Assembly: GCA_046538105.1 (NCBI GenBank)
Contig: JBKHJO010000001.1
Coordinates: forward strand, 29,707-93,706
DNA: 64,000 bases
Reading direction: 5' to 3'
Source of the DNA: Anaerolineales bacterium
Lineage (GTDB): Bacteria; Chloroflexota; Anaerolineae; UBA1429
Shown piece after piece: positions 7,777 through 18,272 of this stretch. The position numbers were made by a program, and so were the translations under genes. Every line of letters starts with the position of its first letter. Position 1 is the first letter of the stretch. A model generated the notes under the pieces. That model did no database searches, had not been told where the DNA came from, and was given only the letters and a program-made list of their open reading frames with translations.

Positions 7777-9078
7777 CTATTGCTGTTTCACGATCTCTAT
7801 CGTTTCTTCCTCTTGATACCAATCCCTGCGGCTCAGAGGCAGGTGGCTTGCACCACGGGCATCTGGCTTGACGAGCAGCGTCTGATACACGTTAAGGTCA
7901 CCGGTGGCGAAGCCATAGGCCGATGCGGACATGAACAGCCGCCACACGCGGTAGGTGGGCTCGTTCACGAACTGCAGGGCCTCCTGGTGATGCTTCTCCA
8001 ATCGCCGTACCCAATGGCGCAGGGTGAGGGCATAGTGCTCTCGCAGACTCTCCACGTCGCGTACCCTAAAGTGTGCCCCCTCGGCGACGCGTAGCGTTGT
8101 GGAGATGGGGACCAGTTCGCCGTCCGGGAAGACATAGGTGTCGGAAAATCTCCTCCCCGGTCGCTTTTCCTGGTCGGCGTGCACGGCGATGCCGTGGTTG
8201 AGAAAGACACCTGTTGGTCTCAAGAGATCCCATGCCCGTTCAAAGTATACAGGCAGCAGGGCCTCGCCCACGTGCTCGAACATGCCCACGCTGGCCAAGG
8301 CATCGTAGGATTCGGTCTCGTCCATCGCACGATAATCGCGTATCTGTACCCGGCAGTGATCCTCCAGCCCCGCCTCGGCGATGCGTGCGTTGGCCAGATC
8401 GGCTTGGGGTTGACTAAGGGTGATCCCCGTGGCGTCCACCCCGTAATGCTGCGCGGCGTGTATAATCAGCCCGCCCCATCCGCAGCCGATATCCAGCAGG
8501 CGTTGGCCGGGTTTCAGGCGCAGTTTGCGGGCGATATAGTCCAGTTTGCGGGCCTGGGCGGTGTCCAGATCCTCGTCTGGCGAGATAAAATAGGCACAGG
8601 AATAGACCATGCGGCTGTCCAACCACAACTGATAAAAGTCGTTGGAGACGTCATAATGGTAGGCGATAGCCTGACGATCGCGGTCGATAGAGTGTTGCCG
8701 ACCCCTCATCTGGGCCCGTCCTCGGGGAGCCACTTCCATTTGGCGTTTTGTGGGCAGGCGTAAGAGTTTCAGGGCCGACCCCAATCGGGTGCGCCAGTTC
8801 AGCCCGTCCTCGAGCAGGGGGTGTGCTGCCTGGAAGGCCGCTTCCACATCGCCCTCGATATCAAAGTCATCGTAGAGGTAGGCCTCGCCCATATTCACCT
8901 CGGTGGGCGGCAGGAGCATGGCGCGCAGGGCCCCCGGATGCTTGAGCACCACCGTCGCCTCGCGCGGGCTATTGTTTGGCCACCAGGTTCCGTTCCACAG
9001 GCGAAAGCCTATTTGGGGATTTTTCCCAAAAACCGTCTCCAATACCTCTTGGGTGATGCGTACTGTATTGTTTGTCAT
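7777..9078 (-). CDS. cfa: Cyclopropane-fatty-acyl-phospholipid synthase family SAM methyltransferase
   Basis: LDIGCGWGG SAM motif; YDVSNDFYQLWLD. Start at MTNNTV behind GGGAGGGG. Confidence 0.8.
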   Translation of the reverse strand: MTNNTVRITQEVLETVFGKNPQIGFRLWNGTWWPNNSPREATVVLKHPGALRAMLLPPTEVNMGEAYLYDDFDIEGDVEAAFQAAHPLLEDGLNWRTRLGSALKLLRLPTKRQMEVAPRGRAQMRGRQHSIDRDRQAIAYHYDVSNDFYQLWLDSRMVYSCAYFISPDEDLDTAQARKLDYIARKLRLKPGQRLLDIGCGWGGLIIHAAQHYGVDATGITLSQPQADLANARIAEAGLEDHCRVQIRDYRAMDETESYDALASVGMFEHVGEALLPVYFERAWDLLRPTGVFLNHGIAVHADQEKRPGRRFSDTYVFPDGELVPISTTLRVAEGAHFRVRDVESLREHYALTLRHWVRRLEKHHQEALQFVNEPTYRVWRLFMSASAYGFATGDLNVYQTLLVKPDARGASHLPLSRRDWYQEEETIEIVKQQ

Positions 9079-9240
9079 AGTATCGCCCCTCCCATGCGGT
9101 TTCTGCTCGCTTATCATAATACACGCCATAAATAGTCAGCGTCAAGCCGCCTGTCAAACTGTAGAAGACCAAGGTTTTGACGCACCCTCTCCTTGCGTCT
9201 ATGATACGTAGGAATGATATGTTACGAAAGGGGGAAGCCC

Positions 9241-10578
9241 ATGAGTGAGTTATTGCAATTCCCCGACGATTTCCTCTGGGGAACGGCTACGGCGTCCTAC
9301 CAGATTGAGGGGGGCATTGAAGATCGGGGGCGCGCCATCTGGGATGACTTTTGCCGCTGGCCGGGCAAAGTGCGTGATGACGACACAGGGGATGTGGCCG
9401 ACGATCATTACCATCGTTATACGGAGGATGTGGCACTCATGGCCGACCTGGGCATGGATGCCTACCGCTTTTCTATCTCCTGGCCTCGCGTCTTTCCTGA
9501 GGGGATCGGTGAGGTCAACGAGAAAGGACTGGGTTTTTACGAGCGTCTGGTGGACGAGTTGCTGGAGGTGGGCATCACACCCTTTGTCACGCTGTATCAC
9601 TGGGATCTGCCCTCCGCTTTGCAGCGTGTAGGGGGGTGGGCGGCGCGGGACACGGCCTATCATTACGCCGACTATGCCGCAGTGGTTGCCGAGCGCCTGG
9701 GAGATCGCGTCCACCACTGGATAACACATAACGAGCCCTGGGTGGCAGCCTTTGTGGGACATCGGCAGGGGCGGCATGCGCCGGGGTGGGAGGACCCTGG
9801 ACTGGCCCTGCAAGTGGCCCATCATCTTCTGTTATCTCATGGCCTGGCCGTGCTCCCGTTGCGTGAGGCAGGCGATGAGGCCACGGAGGTGGGGATCACT
9901 CTCAACTTTAGCCCCTCCTATCCGGCCAGCGAGGAGCCTCGGGACGTGGCCGCGGCGCGACGACACGATGGCTATGCCAATCGCTGGTTCATGGATCCCC
10001 TTTTCAAAGGGCATTATCCTGAGGATGCGGAAGATCTCTTTGGCTATCTGTTGCCACGGGTGGCTCCCGGCGATATGGACGTTATCGCCCAACCCATCGA
10101 CTTTGTGGGCGTCAACTACTATTCTCGGGCGGTCGTGGAGGACACCCCCGGTGAATTCCTGGATTACAGGACGCTGCAGCCAGAGGGGGAATACACGGCC
10201 ATGGGCTGGGAGGTTTATCCGCAGGGATTGACGGATCTCCTGGTGCGTCTGTCACAGGACTATGGCTCGCCAACCATGTATATCACGGAGAACGGCTGTG
10301 CCTACGAGGATGTGCTGACGCCAGAGGGTGAGGTGCATGACGAGAAGCGCATCGCATATCTGAAAGATCATTTCTGCGCGGCACACCGGGCCCTGGAGGA
10401 GGGCGTACCTTTGCGAGGATATTTCGTATGGTCGCTCATGGATAATTTCGAGTGGGCGCTGGGCTATTCCCGGCGTTTTGGTATCGTATACGTGGACTAT
10501 GGGACGTTGGAGCGCATTCCCAAAGACAGCGCCATGTATTATGCCTCGGTGGCGGCGGCGAATGCCGTAGAGTGCTGA
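9241..10578 (+). CDS. GH1 beta-glucosidase
   Basis: FLWGTATASYQIEGG, ITENG, TLYHWDLP. Start MSELL behind GGGGGAAG. Confidence 0.85.
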   Translation: MSELLQFPDDFLWGTATASYQIEGGIEDRGRAIWDDFCRWPGKVRDDDTGDVADDHYHRYTEDVALMADLGMDAYRFSISWPRVFPEGIGEVNEKGLGFYERLVDELLEVGITPFVTLYHWDLPSALQRVGGWAARDTAYHYADYAAVVAERLGDRVHHWITHNEPWVAAFVGHRQGRHAPGWEDPGLALQVAHHLLLSHGLAVLPLREAGDEATEVGITLNFSPSYPASEEPRDVAAARRHDGYANRWFMDPLFKGHYPEDAEDLFGYLLPRVAPGDMDVIAQPIDFVGVNYYSRAVVEDTPGEFLDYRTLQPEGEYTAMGWEVYPQGLTDLLVRLSQDYGSPTMYITENGCAYEDVLTPEGEVHDEKRIAYLKDHFCAAHRALEEGVPLRGYFVWSLMDNFEWALGYSRRFGIVYVDYGTLERIPKDSAMYYASVAAANAVEC

Positions 10579-10606
10579 TGGAACATTGAAGTGGAGGTAA
10601 AGAAAC

Positions 10607-11953
10607 GTGGTCGATGTAGCGGAACTGAAGGGTCGGGTCTGTCAGGTTATCGATAACCATCGCAAGGAGATCATCGCCCTAGGGGAGGACATTCGTGTTC
10701 ATCCCGAACTGGGGTTTAAGGAGTTTCGCACGGCGGATCTAGTCGAGGACAGGATGGTTGCCCTAGGCATACCGCACCAGACGGGGATTGCTATCACGGG
10801 GGTGAAGGGCATGCTGGAGGGTGCGGGGAATGGCCCGACTGTGGCCTATATGGGGGAACTGGACTCTGTGTTGGTGCCCGATCATCGCGATGCCGATCCC
10901 GAAACGGGCGCGGCCCATGCCTGCGGTCACAACGCCCAGGTTGCCAATTTGGTCGCCCTGGCCTATGGCTTGGTGGAGAGCGGCGTTATGAGGGCGCTGG
11001 ACGGAAATGTGGCTCTCATCGCCGTGCCCGCAGAAGAGTATGTGGAGGTGGAATACCGTCTGGGATTGAAAGAGGAGGGCGAACTGGAGTTCTTGGGCGG
11101 AAAGCCGGAGATGATCAGACTGGGGGCTCTGGATGATATTGACATAACTTTTATGACTCACCAGGCGAATCGCGAGGAGAGGGGGATCCTTGGTGTAGGG
11201 GGGCCTTCGAACGGTTGTGTGGTCAAGCAGATTCGCTACCAGGGGCGGGCGGCCCATGCTGGCGGATCGCCCCATCGGGGCATAAACGCCCTGAAAGCGG
11301 CCACCCTTGGATTACAGTGCATCGATGCCAATCGCGAGACCTTTCGGGATGAGGATCACATTCGCGTTCATCCCATCATCACCAAAGGGGGCGATTTGGT
11401 AAACGTGGTGCCGGCCGACGTTCGTATGGAGACCTATGTGCGGGGAGCAAGCGTAGAGGCTATTCTGGAGGCTGCGGCCAAGGTCGACCGTTCGTTGAAA
11501 GCGGGCGCCATGGCCATGGGCGCCACGCTGCACCTGACCACGCTGCCGGGATATTTGCCACGTGTCCTGGCTGATGACCTGGCCCAGGTTTATAGACGGA
11601 ATGCTGTGAGTTTGGTCGGTGAGGAAGAGTGGAACGAGCCAGAGTTTGGGGCGGGCTCGACTGACATGGGGGATGTGAGCCACATCATGCCGGCCATCGA
11701 GGCCCAGGCCGGCGGTGCGTGTGGCACCGGTCACGGCGCCGACTATGCGATCTGTGATGAGGAGGCCGCCTATATCCTCCCCCCCAAGGCCGCAGCGATG
11801 ACCATCATCGACCTCTTGGTCGACGGTGCCAAAGAAGCGCGCGGGGTCATCGATGGTTTTGAGCCTCCCATGAGTAAGGAGAGTTACCTGGCCTTTATGC
11901 GCGATCTGAGCGAAGATATCGTCTGGTCCGGGGAAGTGGAGGAGGAAGCCTAA
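10607..11953 (+). CDS. M20-family metallo-amidohydrolase (aminoacylase/hippurate hydrolase-like)
   Basis: GTG start behind GGAGG. ACGHNA and GGxxxG motifs typical of M20D. Confidence 0.7.
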   Translation: MVDVAELKGRVCQVIDNHRKEIIALGEDIRVHPELGFKEFRTADLVEDRMVALGIPHQTGIAITGVKGMLEGAGNGPTVAYMGELDSVLVPDHRDADPETGAAHACGHNAQVANLVALAYGLVESGVMRALDGNVALIAVPAEEYVEVEYRLGLKEEGELEFLGGKPEMIRLGALDDIDITFMTHQANREERGILGVGGPSNGCVVKQIRYQGRAAHAGGSPHRGINALKAATLGLQCIDANRETFRDEDHIRVHPIITKGGDLVNVVPADVRMETYVRGASVEAILEAAAKVDRSLKAGAMAMGATLHLTTLPGYLPRVLADDLAQVYRRNAVSLVGEEEWNEPEFGAGSTDMGDVSHIMPAIEAQAGGACGTGHGADYAICDEEAAYILPPKAAAMTIIDLLVDGAKEARGVIDGFEPPMSKESYLAFMRDLSEDIVWSGEVEEEA

Positions 11954-11965
11954 CGATGTTTTAGG

Positions 11966-11997
11966 CGAGGGGGCTGATGCGACTTGTAGCCCCCTCG
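11966..11997. terminator. Stem-loop between convergent genes; putative terminator
   Basis: 10-bp stem CGAGGGGGCU/AGCCCCCUCG with a 12-nt loop. The U-tract is poor. Confidence 0.4.
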
Positions 11998-12016
11998 TCC
12001 GCAGCCAAAAGGGAAA

Positions 12017-12508
12017 TCATAGTTTGTATCCGATGGTGCGCAGGAGGTTCTTACGCCACGTAATATCATCAGTTTTCTCCACGCCTTTGGGCGTAAAGCC
12101 ATCGACGACGCCCAGCACGCCTCGTCCCTGTTCCGTCTTGGCGACGATGACCTGGGTGGGGTTCGCCGTGGCGCAAAAGACGCGGCAGACTTCTGGCACG
12201 TTTTTGATGGCATTCAGTACGTTGATGGGATAGAATCCCTCCCCCAAAAATATGATAAAGACGTGTCCCGCGCCGACGTCCAAAGCGTTTCTTTCGGCCA
12301 ACTCGATGAGGGTTTCACTCGTGCCGCTGGAGCGCACCAAACGTTCTCCCGATGCCTCGCAAAAGGCCAGGCCAAAATCTATGCCTGGCACGGCAGTCAC
12401 CATGGCTTCATGAAGATCCTCGACGCTTTTGATGAAATGGGTCTGCCCCAGGATAAAGTTCAGGTCCTCCGGTTTTTCAATGGATACGAGTTCCAGTTCC
12501 AGGGCCAT
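12017..12508 (-). CDS. Adenosine-specific kinase family (PF04008-like) small protein
   Basis: MALELELVSIEKPEDLNFILGQTHFIKSVEDL...AFCEASG...VLGVVDG resembles Adenosine_kin family members from memory. Start behind AGGAGG. Confidence 0.5.
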   Translation of the reverse strand: MALELELVSIEKPEDLNFILGQTHFIKSVEDLHEAMVTAVPGIDFGLAFCEASGERLVRSSGTSETLIELAERNALDVGAGHVFIIFLGEGFYPINVLNAIKNVPEVCRVFCATANPTQVIVAKTEQGRGVLGVVDGFTPKGVEKTDDITWRKNLLRTIGYKL

Positions 12509-12608
12509 GAGTTGCCTCCTCATATTTTTTCACCAGGTTGCCATCTGACCGCCATTATAGGCACTGCTCTGTTCGCCGTCAATTTGTCCCGCTGATGAGG
12601 GGGGCGGA

Positions 12609-13697
12609 TCATTCTCGCGTGCGGATGGATATCCACGTCGTGGCGCCAGTCTCCACCGAGAATCTTTTGGTGTAAAGTTCTCCTTTGTGATAGAGTTCGG
12701 CCAGCCATTCTCCCGCCTCCAGGTCTCCCGTGGCAAAGTTCTCGCTCCAAAGGGGATCGGGATTGACCCCTTTGTCGGGATAGGTCATCACTTCGCGCAC
12801 GGGGGCACTAGATTGGTCTGGCCGAGACAGGACGAGACTGACCTCAGGCAGTGGTTCGCCTGCGGGTGATAGAACCTGGCCGGCCAGCGTTCCCATACCT
12901 TCCTTTGGTGTCAGCCACAGTTCAGGATTTACCGTCTTGCCATAATCGTTCTCGCCGTAGCGTACCTCAAAGTGGATGTGAGGCCCCTCGGCCACCCCTG
13001 TCATACCCACCAGGCCTATGCGCTCTCCCGTTTCCACATGTTGGTCCACCTCCACATCCACCTGTGAGAGGTGGCCGTACAACACATAGACGGGATCCCC
13101 GTCATAGCGTCTATCCAGTTCCAGGATCACCAAAAGGCCGTAAAAGCCTGTTCTGGCCCCATAGACCTGGGTCGAGTCATCGCCGGCCACGATGACGGTG
13201 CCCGGGGCTACTGCCAGAGCAGGCGTTCCTGAGTCGTTGACGAACTCGACGCCGTGATGGATAGGATAGGAGCCGTCTGCACGGGAAGCGTAATCGTAGA
13301 AGCGGGCCACCCTGTCGTTCCCTGTCGGTGCGATAGGCCGCTGCAGCCAGTAATGGTCGGATGGGGCTGAGGTGGGGCTAGGACTTGGGCTTGGCGTATG
13401 GGTCGCCGTTGATGATGGTATCGAAGAAGGAGTACTAGTGGGGGTGACCTGAGGTGTATCCGTCAGGGTGGGAGAAGATGTTCGCGTCGATGTGGCGGTG
13501 ACGTGTGGCGTTTGGGAGGGGGGAGTCCCTTCGCTTTCCTTTGGAGTTGGTGTCAGAACGGGATTCTGGCCGGTTCGCCTAGCAGATCCAGGGGCAAATC
13601 CAAAGACGATAGAGGCCGCCAAGGCGCCCAGAATGAGCACCATGGCAAGCACGAACCATATCTGTCGCGGATAAGGATGTAGAGGTTGCGGATCCAA
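12609..13697 (-). CDS. M23-family (LytM) peptidase with an N-terminal TM anchor and Pro/Ser/Thr-rich linker
   Basis: HHGVEF...D and GPHIHFEV zinc-ligand motifs. TM segment [23 protein letters not shown]-rich low-complexity region. Confidence 0.75.
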   Translation of the reverse strand: MDPQPLHPYPRQIWFVLAMVLILGALAASIVFGFAPGSARRTGQNPVLTPTPKESEGTPPSQTPHVTATSTRTSSPTLTDTPQVTPTSTPSSIPSSTATHTPSPSPSPTSAPSDHYWLQRPIAPTGNDRVARFYDYASRADGSYPIHHGVEFVNDSGTPALAVAPGTVIVAGDDSTQVYGARTGFYGLLVILELDRRYDGDPVYVLYGHLSQVDVEVDQHVETGERIGLVGMTGVAEGPHIHFEVRYGENDYGKTVNPELWLTPKEGMGTLAGQVLSPAGEPLPEVSLVLSRPDQSSAPVREVMTYPDKGVNPDPLWSENFATGDLEAGEWLAELYHKGELYTKRFSVETGATTWISIRTRE

Positions 13698-13816
13698 AGA
13701 GGTCTCCCCTTTTGACTTTGCTCGCCTCAGATTATATTATGCTTTGTTCGCATGTACCAATCTGTGACATGTTCTTAATGGCGATGATAAACAATGTGGG
13801 AGGAAAAAGTCGTCCT

Positions 13817-14587
13817 ATGCATTTTCATATTCTAACGCTCTTTCCCGAGTTATTCGACAGCGTCTTTGAGTACAGCATCATCAAGCGCGCTCTGGAGATG
13901 GATCGCATATCTATCGACATTTACAACATTCGCGACTTTGCGGAGGATAAGCACCAGGTAACCGACGAACCTCCTTATGGTGGGGGAGGGGGCATGGTGA
14001 TGAAAGCGGGGCCCATCGTGCGCGCCGTGGAGGATGTGCTCGCCCGGATAGCCGCGAAAGGGGATATCGATGTGCAGGAGGTGCCCGTCGTCCTGCTGAC
14101 GCCGGTGGGACGTACCTTCACCCAGGCGGTCGCCCGTGAGTATGAGCGTCGCGAACATGTCGTGCTCATCTGTGGCCGCTACGAGGGTGTGGACGAGCGG
14201 GTGCGCGAACTGGTGGTCACGGACGAGATTTCCATAGGGGACTATGTGCTTTCGGGGGGAGAGATCCCAGCGATGGTCTTTGTGGAGGCCGTCACCCGTC
14301 TGGTTCCCGGGGTGTTGGGCGACATGCGTGCCACCATCAAGGATTCATACGCCAGAGGCCTGTTGGAACATCCCCATTATACGCGTCCTGCCGAGTATCG
14401 GGGACTGTGCGTTCCCGACATTCTCCTTTCTGGAGACCACGCCAGGATCGCCCGCTGGCGTCGCACGGAAGCCCTGCGACGTACGTGGAAGCGACGTCCG
14501 GATTTGCTGGAAAAGGCGGATTTGACGGATGCGGATCGTCACTTTCTGGCTTCTCTGCACAAGAAAAACCAGGGGGATGTGGATTGA
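13817..14587 (+). CDS. trmD: tRNA (guanine37-N1)-methyltransferase
   Basis: [13 protein letters not shown]...[11 protein letters not shown]...GRYEGVDER. Start at the internal ATG behind GGGAGG. Confidence 0.85.
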   Translation: MHFHILTLFPELFDSVFEYSIIKRALEMDRISIDIYNIRDFAEDKHQVTDEPPYGGGGGMVMKAGPIVRAVEDVLARIAAKGDIDVQEVPVVLLTPVGRTFTQAVAREYERREHVVLICGRYEGVDERVRELVVTDEISIGDYVLSGGEIPAMVFVEAVTRLVPGVLGDMRATIKDSYARGLLEHPHYTRPAEYRGLCVPDILLSGDHARIARWRRTEALRRTWKRRPDLLEKADLTDADRHFLASLHKKNQGDVD

Positions 14588-14625
14588 TCTGTCGCCAGCA
14601 GGTCTGGTTCAGAAAGATATGCCTT

Positions 14626-15630
14626 TTATGAGCTGGTCTCCAGGGAGCGTTGAAGGAGGGGGAGGTGGTGAAGGCCTTGCTCAGCCCCCAGCGCCGTACA
14701 GAGCATGGGGTTCTCTGCCAGGTGACAGGGGATTCCCGTCTCCTCGGTCAGGAAGCGGTCCATGTTGCGCAAGAGGCTTCCCCCGCCTGTCATCACCATT
14801 CCCCGATCGATGATATCGGAGACGAGTTCGGGGGGCGTCTTTTCCAGGACAGCCCTGGCGGAGGCTGCAATATTGGCCAATTCCTCAGTAATGGCCTCGG
14901 TAATCTCTTCCGAGTTGATCTCAATGGTGCGCGGTTTGCCCGCGACCTGATCGCGGCCTCGCACTTCTATGCTCAGTTCCTCTTCCAGAGGGGTGGCACT
15001 GCCCACAGCCACTTTGGCCTTCTCTGCCGTATCGTCGCCGATAATCAGATTGTATTTGCGCCGTACATAACTGGAGATGGCATCGTCCAAGCGGTTTCCC
15101 GCCACGCGCACCGAACTGGAGACCACGATGCCGAACATGGAGATGACGGCGGCCTCGCTGGCTCCGCCCCCGATATTCATGATCATGTTGCCAGAGGGAG
15201 TTCCAACCGGCATGTCGGCGCCCATGGCGGCGGCGAGGGGTTCGGGAATGAGGTGGGCCACGCGCGCTCCGGCCTGTATGGCTGCATCGCGCACGGCGCG
15301 ACTTTCCACGGTGGTCACACCGACAGGAACGCTGAGCATGATCTCGGGACGGCGCTCAAAGCGACTGCAGGCCTTGGAAATAAAGTAACGGAGCATGGCC
15401 TCGGTCACCACGTAATCGGCGATGACGCCATCTCGCATGGGACGCGCCACCTCGATAGTCTCCGGGGTACGTCCCAGCATGGCCCGTGCTTCGTTGCCCA
15501 CGGCCAGGATACGGTTATCGTTACGCGAAATCGCCACTACGGAGGGTTCGTTCAAGACGATGCCCTTGCCGCTCACACAGACGATGACATTGACCGTTCC
15601 AAGATCTATACCTATTTGCTTGCCGAACAT
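14626..15630 (-). CDS. mreB: Rod-shape-determining actin homolog MreB
   Basis: [12 protein letters not shown]...; actin-fold motifs throughout. Confidence 0.9.
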   Translation of the reverse strand: MFGKQIGIDLGTVNVIVCVSGKGIVLNEPSVVAISRNDNRILAVGNEARAMLGRTPETIEVARPMRDGVIADYVVTEAMLRYFISKACSRFERRPEIMLSVPVGVTTVESRAVRDAAIQAGARVAHLIPEPLAAAMGADMPVGTPSGNMIMNIGGGASEAAVISMFGIVVSSSVRVAGNRLDDAISSYVRRKYNLIIGDDTAEKAKVAVGSATPLEEELSIEVRGRDQVAGKPRTIEINSEEITEAITEELANIAASARAVLEKTPPELVSDIIDRGMVMTGGGSLLRNMDRFLTEETGIPCHLAENPMLCTALGAEQGLHHLPLLQRSLETSS

Positions 15631-15693
15631 GCCCCCTCCTGGTTCAAAACGAATTTGTAAAGGAATGATAACACGAAAGGTGGAATCCTACAA

Positions 15694-17025
15694 TCAACTG
15701 GAGGCTATAGAAGGCGTTCCCCATTCCAGGGGCTCGCTGCACTCTGCCTCGGGAGAGAAGTGCTTCGATTCCTCCACCCGAGAGATTACAGCGCCCAGGG
15801 ATTGCAGTTTTTCTGCGATGTCCTGATACCCTCGGTCGATGTATATCACGTTGCTTATCTCCGTGACACCCTCGGCGGCCAGGCCCGCCAGTATCATGGC
15901 AGCGCCGGAGCGTATATCCAGGGCACGGACATCTGCTCCATGCAGGGGTGTGGGACCGTGAACCATGGCTATGCGTCCCGAGCCCGACATGTCGATGTGG
16001 GCTCCCATCTTGTCCAGTTCCTTGACATAGGCCAGTCGGCCATCGTACATGGTCTCATAGATGGAACTGTTTCCCTCGGCCTGGGTCAGCATGGTGGCAA
16101 AGGGGGCCTGCAGGTCCGTGGGAAAACCCGGATAGGGATACGTCTGGATGTCGGTGGCCTTGATTCGCTCTGGGGCGCGGACTCGATATATATTGTGGTC
16201 AGTCTCGATGGTGGCCCCCGCCTCACGCATCTTGTTTGTGACCGCGCCCAACCATCTTGTCACGGCGCCGCCCATGGATACGTCTCCTCCGCTGATCAGT
16301 GCCCCCAGAGCAAATGTCCCGGCCTCCATGCGATCGGGCATGATGCGATATATCGTGCCGTGCAGTCGCCTCGTCCCTTCCACCTGAATGGTGTTCGTGC
16401 CCACACCATGGATTCGCGCCCCCATGGAGGACAGAAAATTGGCCAGATCGACTGCCTCAGGTTCCACAGAAGCATTCTCTATATACGTGACGCCGTCCGC
16501 GAGGCAGGCGGCCATGAGCAAGTTCTCTGTGCCCGTATGGCTGGGATAATCAAGGATGAGTTTCTCGCCCCGAAGGCGGGGTGTTTTGACAGTATATCCC
16601 TTTTCTCGTCTATGGATCTCTGCTCCCATATGCTGGAATCCTTTAAGATCCACACTAACCGGTCGTGTCCCTATGGCGCAACCGCCCGGATGGGGTGCCT
16701 CGGCCTGTCCAAAGCGGCTGAGGAGAGGGCCAACTGTCAAAAAGCTTGCCCGCATCTTTTTGGCAAGGGCAAAGGGTACGTTGGCTTTGGAGATACGCGT
16801 GGCCTTGACACGCAGGGTGTTGGGCCCCTCAAAACGTGCCGCTACACCCAGGTGATGTAAAAGCTTGACCATATTGCGAATATCCTCGATATAGGGCACA
16901 TTCTCCAACAGACATTCATCGTCGGTGAGGAGAGTAGCGGCAATAATGGGCAATGCCGCGTTCTTGGCTCCTCCGATTCTGACCTGACCTTCCAATTTGT
17001 GTTGACCTTCTATCACTAATGGCAT
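15694..17025 (-). CDS. murA: UDP-N-acetylglucosamine 1-carboxyvinyltransferase
   Basis: MPLVIEGQHKLEGQVRIGGAKNAALPI... EPT-fold motifs; catalytic region CAIGTRP. Confidence 0.9.
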   Translation of the reverse strand: MPLVIEGQHKLEGQVRIGGAKNAALPIIAATLLTDDECLLENVPYIEDIRNMVKLLHHLGVAARFEGPNTLRVKATRISKANVPFALAKKMRASFLTVGPLLSRFGQAEAPHPGGCAIGTRPVSVDLKGFQHMGAEIHRREKGYTVKTPRLRGEKLILDYPSHTGTENLLMAACLADGVTYIENASVEPEAVDLANFLSSMGARIHGVGTNTIQVEGTRRLHGTIYRIMPDRMEAGTFALGALISGGDVSMGGAVTRWLGAVTNKMREAGATIETDHNIYRVRAPERIKATDIQTYPYPGFPTDLQAPFATMLTQAEGNSSIYETMYDGRLAYVKELDKMGAHIDMSGSGRIAMVHGPTPLHGADVRALDIRSGAAMILAGLAAEGVTEISNVIYIDRGYQDIAEKLQSLGAVISRVEESKHFSPEAECSEPLEWGTPSIASS

Positions 17026-17321
17026 AATTCATCTATCCTTAGGCTGTTATTTTTCAAGAGTTCTCATTATCGGATCGACTTTTCGAAGGGAAACGCCGTT
17101 TATGTCACGCCGGTTCCATTGAAGGGCCTGTTCGGCCGCCTTCTATCTTGTCATAATATCAGTTCCGTATCATAAAGCAGTGCAAACTGGAGCATGGCCG
17201 AATGATCGACCGGGCCCTCAAGATCCGACAGGGTGATTTATTCTGCTAACTCATTATATACATGACTGTGCAGTGTGACAAAGGAAATGTGAGGGCTGCT
17301 TTTTCATCCAAGTGGGTGTTT

Positions 17322-18272
17322 TTATCGTCGTAAAGATCGACCCTCACTGGAATTCTCGATCAGTTCCAATGCTTCTTCCCATATGGGCTGGCCGTTAAAA
17401 CCGCCCAGCGCCGTGGTCGTCATGGCACCGCAGGCTGCACCGAAGGAGAGGCAGCGCTCCAGGGGTTCTCCTTTGAGCCATGCGGCTACAAAGCCCCCGT
17501 CAAAGCTATCGCCGGCGCCGGTTGTGTCGATTGCTTTGACCGGGAAGGCAGGCACGTCGACGCGCCGATGCTTGTGGATGGCCAGGGCCCCCTTTACGCC
17601 CCGTTTGACCGCCAAAAGGGGCACGCGGTCCGCCATCTCAGACATGGCGGGCTCCAGGCTTTTCCGTCCGGTGATGGCCTGTACCTCCTGCTCGTTGGGT
17701 AAAAATATGTCCAGGTGGTCGAAAAAGCCCTCCAACTCCCATCGTTGTGTCGGGTCCCAGTTGGTGTCAAGGGAGACAGTCATGCCCGCCCCTTTGGCGG
17801 CGCGCATCATTTGGGGCATCATGGGACGCAATTCTTTTAGTAAAAACGGGCTAACCACGTGGAGGTGGCGGGCCAGTTCGTAGCACGTGGGGTCCACGTC
17901 GTCGGCGGTCACGGCGGCGATGGACCCGAGATAGGTAAGCATGGCACGATCGACGCCTGTGGAGAGGGCGATGCTTGCACCCGTCTTGGTGGTGGGATCG
18001 ATCTGCACGCGGGAGGTGTCCACACCTGCTTTCTTTAATCGCTCCAGCGCAAAATGTCCAAAGAGATCATCTCCCACTCTACTCACATAGAGGACGTGCA
18101 TTCCCATTCTGGCCGCGCTGGCAGCAAAGATGCCTCCCGAACTCCCGGCATAGACGGAGAGATCGTCGACCAGTTTTTCCACCTGACCGAACTCGGGTCG
18201 CACGTCTCCACGAACGATGATATCCACGTTGAGTTCTCCCGCCACGAGGATATCGTAGGATTGGGAACTCAC
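17322..18272 (-). CDS. PfkB-family carbohydrate kinase
   Basis: DTTGAGDSF and GG ribokinase-family signatures. Start overlaps the stop of the upstream SIS gene. Confidence 0.75.
   Translation of the reverse strand: MSSQSYDILVAGELNVDIIVRGDVRPEFGQVEKLVDDLSVYAGSSGGIFAASAARMGMHVLYVSRVGDDLFGHFALERLKKAGVDTSRVQIDPTTKTGASIALSTGVDRAMLTYLGSIAAVTADDVDPTCYELARHLHVVSPFLLKELRPMMPQMMRAAKGAGMTVSLDTNWDPTQRWELEGFFDHLDIFLPNEQEVQAITGRKSLEPAMSEMADRVPLLAVKRGVKGALAIHKHRRVDVPAFPVKAIDTTGAGDSFDGGFVAAWLKGEPLERCLSFGAACGAMTTTALGGFNGQPIWEEALELIENSSEGRSLRR

Noticed and set aside
17026-17321. 296-nt spacer between murA and the PfkB kinase, with a 7-bp stem and 40-nt loop and promoter-like TATAAT elements
   Set aside because: It contains only murA promoter candidates and a weak hairpin. 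There is no ORF or recognisable RNA motif, so it is not reported as a feature.
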